From contig JBHGNT010000001.1 in NCBI GenBank assembly GCA_043228905.1, forward strand, positions 10,912,001 to 10,976,000: a stretch of 64,000 bases of DNA. The letters are read 5' to 3'. Source of the stretch: Azolla caroliniana (lineage: Eukaryota; Plantae; Polypodiophyta). The notes below the pieces were generated by a model, which did not search any database, had not been told where the DNA came from, and saw only the letters and a list, made by a program, of their open reading frames with translations. The position numbers and the translations under genes are program-made. Positions 1 through 11,800 of the stretch are shown in pieces. Within the stretch, counting starts at the first letter, position 1, and each line of letters starts with the position of its first letter.

Positions 1-3000
1 TTATTTGACTCTCAAATACGGATATACACCAGACAGATTTTAAGTGGTTTAAAGTATCTGCATGATTGCAACGTCATACACAGGTAATATTCATTCTTTG
101 TTTGTGGTTTTTAAGGACCGCGATAATGGGGCTTACTTTAGCATTTTGCCATCCTAGGGATATCAGATGTGCAAATATATTAGTACACACTAATGGGAGG
201 ATCAAAATTGCAGAATTTGGACTAGCAAAACAGGTTTCTGCAAACTGTTTCATTAGTTTTATGCTTATCCATTCTTGTACTTCATTTTTTTGCTGCCTAT
301 GTAAAGCGTTCTCGGTGCAGTGTTGCTGAAAACTGTGTTGAAAATTATTGCAATATGTGTGCAGATTTCAAAATTAGATGAACTCAAGTCTTGCAAGGGA
401 AGTGCGTGTTGGATGGCTCCGGAGGTTAGTTTTATCTCATTTGATTCATGTTTCTTTCAAATTAGGATTATGTCTCTCCAATGGCATGGTAAACGAGTGT
501 TTCTCAAGAAGTTTCATACTTCAGAGGTGTAGCTAGCCACTATTAAAAAGGAAATCTGATACATCAAGTTTTATCCATATGGTCTTTAGTCCCATATATT
601 TGTTTATATACCAATGGCATGGTTTGTGTATTTGTTTATATACCAATGAACCTCTCTCAGCAGACTTTTTAACAATCTTTTCCCCCCCTCATAAGGGTAG
701 CTCATCAGGGTTCTATTCTTGTAGAAAGTTAGAAAAGGTAGTTATAGGTATTTGCCTGTTGAAGTGCCATTTGTGTTATAGTTGTATTTGGTACTTATAA
801 AAGCATGATTGGACATGCTAGTTGTTAGATATAATCAATGATCAGCCCCAAGTTGTAAATCTATCCCCATATGTGCTCTTAGAGTGCACATTTTGTGATA
901 GCGCCCCAAATGAGGAGCGGCTAGTGTGCAACTCTACCATATGGGTCGATAAGGTGTTAATCTAGGAAACCGTAGATGCGTAGGACACAATATATTTAGG
1001 AAAGAGAGAAATAGATAAAAGGATTGGCTAATCAAGTCAGCTAGAATATTTTGTGGGCAAGTTACGATGTACTTAGTCTTGAAGTATGCGTCATTGACTT
1101 CAAGATAAGTATTATCTAGCACTAGCCTGTACCTAGGGAGTTGGGTCATATTAAATGACAAGTCAGTTGACAGAAAAGGAATATCTCCACTACTGTCAAC
1201 TGACTTGCACATTTATACTAAGACCAAACATAGATTATAAGTCACTTTTCTCACACAGTGGTCAGATTGATCATTAGTCCCCACTAATTTTGTAGTGAGC
1301 CGGTCCATATCCTATCTAAGCTCTAAGGTGTGAGCGCATGGGAAAACTACCATTTTGAACTACTCTCATATGTAATAGAAATTCTGTTTTCATATATCCA
1401 TCTCTGCAGTTGTAACTCTATATACCTATCTACTCGATTCTCAATATTTCTAATATGGTATCAGAGCGAAGAGGTTGATCTAGATTAGGTATATACGGGT
1501 AGTTGCTGTCTAGCAACAGAGAGAAATAGAGAGAGAGAGAGAGACAGACAGAGTATCAATGGCCTTGTCCACGAATGTTGCAGCTGCTCCATTGCGCATT
1601 CGCCCACCTCCATTGTCTGATGGAAAGCTAGATGGAACCAACTACACTCTATGGAAGTTCAAAATGTCTGCCATTTTGGATTCCTACGAGTTGTTGGAAA
1701 CAATCATGGGACCCACAGGGGGAGACCCTGAGCCCATGGCAACCTTTGACCCTGCACACCCTACCACATCAATTCCTCCAAATGCTGATCTACTTCGAGC
1801 CTGGAAGAGAAGGAATGCTGATGCGCTATGTACCATAGTCACTGGTGTATGTGACTCCGTACTAACACTAGTGCAACATACAACTAGGGCACATGAAGCT
1901 TGGAGCATATTGGCTAGCCAGTATGAGACCAGAAACTATACAAGGATACAAAACCTCGAAAATCAGCTTGCTGCAGAGAAGCTCGCTGATGGAGAGAAAG
2001 TAGAATCCTTTGTAAAAAGGATTAAGGATCTTCAAGATCAGCTGGCGGCTGTTGGAGTAGTCGTCTCTCAAGAGGATATGGCTCGTCGGTGCATTCGAGT
2101 ACTTCCTTTCAAGTATGATGGCATTGTGACAGCGTTGAACACTCAGGTTCGACCCACTCCTTTAAAATTTGATGAACTAAGTGCAATGCTGCTTGAAGAG
2201 GAGCTTCGGCTGAAGACAAGAGAAGAAAGGGAAGATTCAGCATTTGTCTCTAGGACTAAGGGTGAAGGGGCATCCAATTCAAACAATGCGAATAGGATAC
2301 CAAAGAAGAAGAAGTTCAATGGATCGTGTTTCTACTGTGACAAGAAGGGTCACACAATCAAGGATTGTCGAAAGAAGATGGCGGATGAGAAGAATGGTTC
2401 TAATAAGACTTCTTGGAGAGAGCCCGAGTCCGCTAACAATGTCGTAGATGAACTAGAGTTATGGGTCGCAACTGAAGAAGTGTGTTCTTCAGTTGACACT
2501 CAAGTTGTTGATGAGTCTTGGATTCTCGATAGTGGAGCATCCCGACATATGACCAGTAATCGTGACTGGTACAGTTCTTGGACACCTCTACAATAGCCCA
2601 TCAATGTTGTGGTCGGGAACAATGCTCGATGTCCGGCCAAAGGAACCGGAACCGTCTCCCTCAAAGCAACGACCGGTGGGACAAAGCATCTCTCTCAAGT
2701 GTTGTACGTGCCAGATCTGAAGAAGAATCTACTGTCCATTTCTGCACTGACTGACAAGGGTCTTGATGTTCGATTCAAGAAGTCGGGTGCAGAAATAACA
2801 GATTCTGCTGGCAAGGTTGTAGGAATAGGGGTGAGGCGCAACAATCTCTATGAGCTGAGCGCGTTTACCATTTCTACTGACCACAGCACAAGTACCAACA
2901 CAAAGCAATGGCATGAGAGATTTGGGCATCTCAACGTTGCTGTGTTGAAGGAGATGAAGAAGTCGAATATGGTAGTTGGGTTGCCAACCCTATCTGACTT

Positions 3001-6000
3001 AAGTCATGTTTGTGATGCTTGTATGATGGGCAAGCATCAAAGATCAGCCATTCCAAAAGAGAGTCAAAATCGGGCAAAGACTCCTCTACAGCTAATACAC
3101 ATTGACCTCTCTGGAAAAATGGTGACTCCTGCAATGGGTGGATCTCTCTACTATATGCTAATAGTCGACGACTTCAGCAGAAAGATGTGGGTTTACTTCC
3201 TTCGGGAGAAGGCTGAAGCTTTTAAAATCTTCAAAAGATGGCATAAGTTTGTCGAGCGAGAGTCTGGAAAGTTAGTGAAGGAGCTACGCTCTGATCGAGG
3301 TGGAGAATTCTTATCAATAGAATTCTGTGAGTATTGCAAAGAGCATGGAATTAAGCGCCAACTTACAACTGCCTACACCCCACAACAAAATGGCGTTGTC
3401 GAACGTCGAAATCGAACAGTTGTCGAGATGGCTAGGTGTATGTTGAAGGCACAAGCGCTGCCCGACCCATTCTGGGCTGAAGCAGTGAACACAGCAGTTT
3501 ACATCCTCAATCGGAGCTACACGAAGGCACTTCAAGGGAAAACACCCCAAGAAGCTTATTCAGGCAAGAAACCTTCAGTGCTGCACTTCAGAACCTTTGG
3601 GTGTATGTGCTACGCACATATTCCAGATGTGAGCAGAAAGAAGTTGGATGCTAAAAGCAAAAAGTGTATCTTTCTCGGATATAGTGAAGAGTCAAAGGCC
3701 TATCGACTCTACGATCCAGAGGCAAGAAAGATATTGACAAGCCGCGATGTGGTGTTCGATGAGGAACAACCACAGCTAGCTGAGAACAACGATTCTCAAG
3801 TTATCTCATCAACTGAAGAAGTATTTTACCCAATCCCGACCCATTATCCAAAAAAGGAAGCTGAACCATCTGATGGTAATGGTTCACTAGTTCAGCCTAT
3901 GCCAGTCCCACATGTAAAGAAAATACCTAAGTGGGCTCAACAACTCTTCAATGATCATACTCCTAAAGTTGAGTTTCCTGAAACTTCAACTGATGGATTA
4001 CGAAGATCAAGAAGAATACAGGAGCAAGGAAGAACCTCTGACCACATTGTCAACATGGCTCTGATGGTGGACATCATAGGCTCAGTGAGTGAGCCGACCT
4101 CGGTGGAGGAAGCTATGGCCGACCCGAAGTGGAAAGAGGCGATGATATCAGAATATGATAGCATCATGAAAAATGACACATGGGAGTTGGTAGAGAGGCC
4201 AACAAAGAAGAAGGTGATAGGCACGAAGTGGGTATGGAAAGTAAAGTATAAAGCTGATGGCTCTTTGGAGAAATTCAAGGCCAGGCTAGTAGCGCAAGGA
4301 TACTCCCAAATTGAAGGGTTCGATGTACAAGAAACATTTGCCCCGACAGCTCGCATGACAACAATTCGAATGGTCATAGCGTTGGCTGCTTCAAGAGGAT
4401 GGCCGATTTATCAAATGGATGTCAAATCAGCATTTCTGAATGGGCATCTCAAGGAGGAGGTATATGTGACACAACCACCGGGGTTTGAGATACCGAATTC
4501 AGAAAACAAAGTTTGCAAGCTGAAGAAGGCACTATATGGTCTAAAGCAAGCACCAAGAGCTTGGAACAAGAGGATAGACAGCTTCTTACGATCAATCGAC
4601 TTTAAGCAATGTGCTTCGGATGCAAGTATGTATGTCAAAATGAAGGACGGGAAACAAGTCATCATTATCATTTACGTGGATGATCTAGTACTTACTGGTG
4701 ACCATGAAGAGTGCATTGGCCAAACACAAGAGTGTTTGAAAACTGAGTTTGAAATGACAGACTTGGGGATTCTACACTACTTCCTTGGAATTGAGGTTTG
4801 GCAAACCTCGGTCGGCATCTTCATGTCACAAAGAAAGTATGCAACAGAGATCTTGAAGACCTTCGGGATGATGGACAGCAAGTCGAAGTCGACTCCAATG
4901 GAGTCAAACTGCAAGCTATCCCAAGAAGACTCATCACCAATGGTTGACATAAGGAAGTATAGACAACTAGTAGGAAGTCTAATTTTCCTATGCAACACTA
5001 GGCCGGATATTTGTTTTGCAGTCAATGTGGTGAGTCGATTCAGCAACAAGCCGAAGGAGACTCATTGGAAAGCTGCTCTACGTGTATTAAAGTACATTGT
5101 GGGTACTTTAAATTATGGAATCTTCTACAAGCCAACAATTGACCAACTTAGTGGATATTGCGACTCCGATTGGGCTGGAGATAGTGATTCCAGAAAATCA
5201 GTTTCTGGATATTGTTTTTCAATAGGATCTGGAGCTGTTTCATGGAGTAGTAAAAAACAACCAACAGTGGCACTATCTTCAACGGAGGCAGAATACAAAG
5301 CAGCATGCATAGCGGCATGCGAGGTAGTTTGGCTAAGAAGAATCCTTATGGATGTGGCAGTCCCAATAAGGACGGCAACGGTATTGAGGTGTGACAATCA
5401 GAGTTGCATGGCCATTGCCAAGAACCCCGTATTTCATGCACGTACTAAACACATAGAGATTCAGTATCACTATGTGCGGGAGCTAATAAATGATGAGATT
5501 GTGGAGCTTGAGTACTGTCCAACATCAGAAAATGCTGTAGATATCTTCACAAAGGCGCTTGGAGCAGAACAGTTGCAACAACACCTTCGACGACTAGGTG
5601 TTGGCCCAATTCCAAGTGAACTCAATGGGTTGATCATTGAGGGGGCGTGTTAGATATAATCAATGATCAGCCCCAAGTTGTAAATCTATCCCCATATGTG
5701 CTCTTAGAGTGCACATTTTGTGATAGCGCCCCAAATGAGGAGCGGCTAGTGTGCAACTCTACCATATGGGTCGATAAGGTGTTAATCTAGGAAACCGTAG
5801 ATGCGTAGGACACAATATATTTAGGAAAGAGAGAAATAGATAAAAGGATTGGCTAATCAAGTCAGCTAGAATATTTTGTGGGCAAGTTACGATGTACTTA
5901 GTCTTGAAGTATGCGTCATTGACTTCAAGATAAGTATTATCTAGCACTAGCCTGTACCTAGGGAGTTGGGTCATATTAAATGACAAGTCAGTTGACAGAA

Positions 6001-7183
6001 AAGGAATATCTCCACTACTGTCAACTGACTTGCACATTTATACTAAGACCAAACATAGATTATAAGTCACTTTTCTCACACAGTGGTCAGATTGATCATT
6101 AGTCCCCACTAATTTTGTAGTGAGCCGGTCCATATCCTATCTAAGCTCTAAGGTGTGAGCGCATGGGAAAACTACCATTTTGAACTACTCTCATATGTAA
6201 TAGAAATTCTGTTTTCATATATCCATCTCTGCAGTTGTAACTCTATATACCTATCTACTCGATTCTCAATATTTCTAATACTAGTTGTAATCCAATTCTG
6301 ATCAACTAAAGATGAATCGATCATGCATGTAATAGTGGGTAAACTTGGTATAAGAAATTGGAAATACATCAAGTGATGGTTGTTGTGAAAGTGAAGTAAG
6401 TGGTACATTAATCGGCCATCGTAATACCTACTGTATATAATCGAACCTTCGATTGTCTTTTGGTTTAGTTTCTATTTCACTTCTTGAGTGTTATCTGTAT
6501 TTTCTCACTTATGAGCTCTAGATATTGCTCTTGTGGCATCAAACCATGTTGTTGTAATCATGTATCGGGGCTCTCCTAAACATGTTTTTACTAATGCTTC
6601 ATGTGCCAAAGTGCACTGCTGAAGTGGACAATAATGATTATGGTACATCAGTCTCTAGTCCCATTACCCATAAATGTTCGAGTTATTCCTTGGGACATTT
6701 AATGATGAAAAGTTCGCCTTTTTGTTTTTTCTTTCTCAGTTACATGTGGCTATATCTTCCTTTGTCAAATTTTCAGGTTATCGACCCAAGGAAGACATAT
6801 AGCTTTCCAGCTGACATTTGGAGTTTGGGTTGCACTGTCCTTGAGATGGCCACAAGGGCTCCTCCTTTTGGGGACTTAGAATGGGTATGTAGTTCTGTTA
6901 ATATCAAATTATTTATTAATCTCTGATTTTTGAAATACCAAGGGGTGCGCAGGAAATTTAGTGAAAATGAAGGGAATGTTTTTGGTAATAACATGTTTTT
7001 TCTTTGGTACCATTATAGCATCGTGTATTGTGGAAGGTCGGACATGGAGAGCCACCTCCGATTCCTCACTCATTACCAGAAGATGCAAAGAGTTTCATTA
7101 GAACCTGTTTGGAAATTGATCCTATGAAAAGGCCTTCTGCGAGTCAGCTTTTGGAGCACCCCTTTGTGCGATATACTGATTAG
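1..7183 (+). CDS. MEKK1-like MAPKKK paralog A, 3' part of kinase domain; probable pseudokinase. Exons <1-83, 158-233, 365-424, 6777-6884, 7019-7183
   Basis: GT-AG exons splice in frame: [28 protein letters not shown]|[25 protein letters not shown]|[20 protein letters not shown]|[36 protein letters not shown]|[16 protein letters not shown]...[17 protein letters not shown]. These are plant MEKK1-subfamily motifs. Confidence 0.9.
823..1455 (+). repeat. 5' LTR (TGTTAGA...TCTAATA)
   Basis: Direct repeat of 5648-6280 at offset 4825; the antisense ORFs 934..1212 and 5759..6037 translate identically. Confidence 0.95.
1456..1467 (+). promoter_or_regulatory. Primer-binding site, tRNA-iMet
   Basis: TGGTATCAGAGC immediately after the 5' LTR. 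Confidence 0.92.
1559..5653 (+). CDS. Copia gag-pol polyprotein interrupted by one in-frame TAG (2594-2596)
   Basis: ORFs 1559..2596 and 2609..5653 share a frame. Motifs: [14 protein letters not shown] knuckle, WILDSGAS protease, GAG-pre-integrase, IN ([22 protein letters not shown]), RT (YVDDL), RNase H (DSDWAG, TEAEY). Confidence 0.93.
5648..6280 (+). repeat. 3' LTR
   Basis: Direct repeat of 823-1455, followed by TSD CTAGT. Confidence 0.95.
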
Positions 7184-7701
7184 GAATCGGCAACAGGCAA
7201 CGGTTCGGTTTGAACCAAATTGCGAAACTGCGGCTTAACGGATTAACGTTTTAAACAGTTTGGTTCAGGTTCATTATTTTTTTAACGGTTTGGTTTCGCT
7301 GGGGGAATAGTTCGTTTCGGTTCAAACGGTTTGAAACTATGTTGTAAATGGTTTAAATAGTTTAAAAGGTTTAAGGTTGTCACTTGATTATTTTTTCTTA
7401 AATATTTTTTTGAACAACTTTTCCTTTTAAGGCTAATTATGATATTTTAGGGAAAAAGTAAAAAATGAAATATTGAAAGATTTAAAATTATAAAATTGAA
7501 AGTTGACCTAACTTGAAAAGCAAAATCAAACATCGAAACCGTGGTTTTAATGGTTTGAAAATCTCTAAAATCGTTTGGTTTGAGTGTGGATTTTCTTTAG
7601 TAAATGTTATCATGGTTCGGTTCAATTCAATGTAAATTTCAATTCTTTAAATGGTTTGACTTAGATAGCCTTGAATCGAACAAAACCGTTGCTGATTCCT
7701 A
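7181..7701. mobile_element. Non-autonomous hAT element (MITE-like), 521 bp
   Basis: TIRs TAGGAATCGGCAAC / GTTGCTGATTCCTA. 8-bp TSD ATACTGAT (7173-7180) / ATACTCAT (7702-7709). Subterminal AACGGTT/GGTTT repeats. Confidence 0.85.
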
Positions 7702-8801
7702 ATACTCATGGACATTACAAAAGATATCTATTTATTTGTCCCATCTCAATAGACCCTAAAGTTCTACTATGTATATTCTCCTAAATGCTTATGTGTTCTT
7801 GATAAACTTTTCATTTCCGTACCCACTTTCCCACATTCTTCTGAAACCTTGTGTTAAAATACTCTCCTACAAACCAAGATTTTTGAGAAAAATATACATA
7901 CAGAAATTCAAATACATTCTAACATGCATGTTTGTAATTGCATTCGAGTATCTAAACAAGGACAAACACATGACAAGATCCTCCTTTAGAGGCAAAAACA
8001 ATATATGAACTGATGTAGGTTTTATCTTTGTTAAATGTCTTAACGAGAAGGATCAAGTTCTAGTGGGAATCTCTCAATTGTCTATGATCTCATTCACTAC
8101 CTGGGACATCCACAAAATCAACGTCCATGTTGTGAAAGTTATGCACTATAAGCTCTCAGAAGCCATACTCTCTATTTTTTACGTGGATTGACTTTTGCCA
8201 TCATGTTGTTGCAAAATTCCATATGTATGTGTCGGAATGGTGCCAGGTAGTGAAGGAGTGGAGATTCCGGACAAGTTCTTACTCATCCTTGCTCGAACCG
8301 TCGCCGATCCAATCTTCATCTAGCTCCTCGTCCTCGTACGCGCTTTCAGCCTCTACCTCCAAATCCGGCTCCACCTCAAGTTGCTTCTTGAAGGCTTTTA
8401 TCCGCTTCCTTGCCATCAGCACCGCGATCCTCGCCCCTTTGAGCTCTGCAAGCTGGTACGTTGCATTGTTGTTGGCGCTCGTCACCACATACGAGTTGAT
8501 TTGTGCTGGTTGTCGAGGTTGCTGTCATAGACTAGCACCCAATCGCCTTCTTCGATCTTTCTCAGCCTCAATTGGTGTGTTTAGTCGAACCAATCTTTAT
8601 TCCTTTCCCGCATCACTTGTAGCTTTGCCTTAGCTCGTTCTACGTCCTCCGGCCTTCGCTCGAGTTGTCTGATTTGCGTCGCTAACAGCTTCTCCCGACT
8701 CATCTTGTCCGACTAGTCAACCAACATCCATGATGTTATCGTTTATTCTATCGGCATGATTGGCTTTTGTTTGAACATGAGGTCAGATGGCATGTATCCG
8801 G

Positions 8802-11800
8802 TGTTGGGTTCTTATTTTGAATCCCTAAAAAACTTAACAACTTTAGGGTTATGAGGGTTTTTATGGATAGGGGGAAAAACCTCCTAACGAGGGGAAAAAT
8901 GCCCATGTAGTCCTTAGTGTGTTCACACACATTACTGTCCTAAATGTGTTCACACACATCACTACCCTAATTCACACATCACTACCAAAATATGTCAACA
9001 AATCCCCCTTGGGAGTGATGCAGTGAACAAGGAGCTGTCACTCATGGTTAAACAAGTGCTAAGCTATGTGGATAGAGATGACTCCACAAATGGGATTAGG
9101 CCTAAAGCTTTGCGGAAAGCTTCAAACTTCTCCCTAGGCAGAGCCTTTGTGAAGAGGTCTACAATGTTCTCTTGTGTGGGCACATAAGCCAAACTGATCT
9201 CTCTAGTGGAGAACCTTTCCCTGACATAGTGATAATGCACCTCAATGTGCTTAGTGCGAGCATGGAACACAAGGTTCCTCGCAACTGCCATTGTGCTTTG
9301 ACTGTCAGTGAAGATGGTGGTGGCAGAAGATTGACCAACACCCAAATAAGCTAAAAGGCTTCTGAGCCACACACACTCAACTGTAGCTGTGAAAGCTACC
9401 CTATACTCAACCTCACAACTAGAAGTGGCCACAATTGCTCAACCAAGATATGCATGAGCTACCAAGCATGAAGCAAAAACCACTTGTGGACACACGAGTG
9501 TCATAACAACCAACCCAATCAGAGTAAGAAAAAGCATGCAGGTTTGGTGGTAGTGATCCCCCCTTGGGATAAAACAACCCAAGTGATCGGGTACCACTCA
9601 AGTAGCGAAAGATGCGCTTAACTGCCTGCCAATGCTTAACTCCGGGGCAATGCATAAACATGCTCATCTAAGAGACAACAAACTGCATGTTAGGTCGGGT
9701 TATGCATAAGTAAATCAAGCATCCAATTGCCTGCTGATAGAGAACAACATCAAATGCATCTCCAGCATCATGAAGGCGCAAACGTAAACTTGTCTCCATG
9801 GGAGTGGCAATAGGTTTATAGTCTTTAAGGCCAAAATGTTGTAATAATGTGTCAATGTATTTTGATTGACACAAAGCTATTCCACCATCAATTTGCATGA
9901 ATTGAATGCCCAAATAATGATGCAAATGCCCCAAATCTAACATCTCAAAAGAGGCATGCAAACAACCATAAAGTTAGCAATCTACTTCTCATTGGGACCA
10001 GTGAGCAACATATCATCGACATACACAACCATGATAATAAATACATCATCAACATGCTTAACATATAAGGTGCTTTTAGTTGGACTATTCTCAAACCCAA
10101 ATGCAATCAAATAGGCATGTATTTTTTCATACCAAGAACGTGGTGCTTGCTTCAAGCAATATAATGCCTTTCTCAACCTGCACACTTTGTGTTCATGCCC
10201 TTTCTGCACAAAACCACGGGGATGGGATACATACACTTCCTCATGAAGATCACCATTTAGAAATGTTGTTTTAATGTCCAACTGATGTACATTCCAACCA
10301 TGATGAGCTGCAATTGCACAGATGCTACGAACAGTAGTCATACGGCAGGTGGGAGCAAAGGTCTCATCAAAATCAATGCCTTTTTTTTGGGACATAACCT
10401 TTCACAACAAGCCTAGCCTTATACCTATCAATTGTTCCATCAGGTTTACACTTTAGCTTATATACCCACTTAGTGCTAATAGCCTTCTTGCCAGGAGGCA
10501 AGTCACATAAAGACCATGCACTAGTCTTCATAATAGCATCATATTTTGATTGCATAGCAACCATCCAATTTTTTGAATTTTGTGCTTCAGCAAAAGAAAC
10601 AAGCTCATTCTCATCGCAAAGACTAGAGGCAACCATAGCATAACAATCCGATGCAAAAGAAACACTATGCTAACCTGAACGAGTACGATATGATAAAGGA
10701 AAATCCAATTTACTGTCTTGCAAAGTCTGCAACAACCATTTAGGCACAATCTTTGCCTCCTCTATATCAACCCTCTCATTAATAAGTGCATCATGTAAGC
10801 TTGCATCAGAAATAGAATATTCTGCATCGGAAATGGAATGATTTGCATCATTATGAGTAGCTTCCAAAGGTTGAGAAGGTGCCTTAAGTGGGCCTCAAGT
10901 ACATGAAAGAATTGGTTGAATTGCATCCTCCACAAAAACACCATGGCTAAGCAAAATGCGTTTAGATTGTGGATGATATAGACAATAGCCTTTACTTTCA
11001 GAACTGTATCCTACAAAAATACATTTCACTGCTTTATCATCCAATTTTTGCGTTGTTTAGGCACTAATGCATATTCCAAACAACCAAATACACGCAGATG
11101 AGCAATAGATGGTTTTTGGCCATGCCAAGCTTCATATGGAGTGATAGAGTGCAGTGCTTTAGTGGGACACTTGTTGAGTACATATGTTGCACACATGACA
11201 ACGTCAAGTTAGAAACTATATGGTAAGGCCTGACTTTTGACCATACACCTCGCAATTTCCATGTGTGACCCGTTCTTTCTTTCAACAACTCCATTTTGTT
11301 GAGGTGTATATGACACTGTACATTGATGTTTTATCCCACGTTCAACGAAAATGCATTAAACTCAGAAGACATATACTCCCCCCCCCCTCCCGATCAGAAC
11401 GGAGGGTGCCCATTTTACATGCAGCCAAAGCTAGAAATTGTTTGAAGCACAGAAACACTTCGGACTTTGCCTTCAATGGATATACCCATGCATGCCTAGA
11501 AAAGTCATAAATGAAAGTCACGAAATAAAGATAGTTCCCAAGAGAATGCGTTTGCATAGGACCACAGACATCGCTATGAACAAGCTGCAATTTCTGCGTA
11601 GCTCTAATTGAACCATCTTTTGGAAAGGATGAACATTGCATTTTGCCCAAAATACAACCTTCACAAATATGCTTCCGAGGTGCCTCAAGTTTGGGCAAGG
11701 AGGACACCATTTCAAATTTCTGCAGGCGAAGCAAAGTTGCAAAATTCAGATGACCAAATCGTGCATGCCAAATCTTTGCATTTGAAATAGCCTGAGAATC

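Larger units (their letters stand above)
823..6280 (+). mobile_element. Full-length young Ty1/copia LTR retrotransposon in an intron of MEKK paralog A
   Basis: 633-bp LTRs at 823-1455 and 5648-6280, identical as far as read. TSD CTAGT at 818-822 and 6281-6285. PBS TGGTATCAGAGC at 1456. PPT TTGAGGGGGCG before 5648. Domain order gag-PR-IN-RT-RH. Confidence 0.97.

Noticed and set aside
1-520. Window start/end similarity as an assembly or circularity artefact
   Set aside because: The copies differ by many substitutions and a ~21-bp intron indel, consistent with true paralogs. An uncollapsed haplotype cannot be fully excluded without reads.
934-1212. 92-aa antisense ORF present twice (also 5759..6037)
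   Set aside because: Lies within the identical LTRs; no domain evidence.
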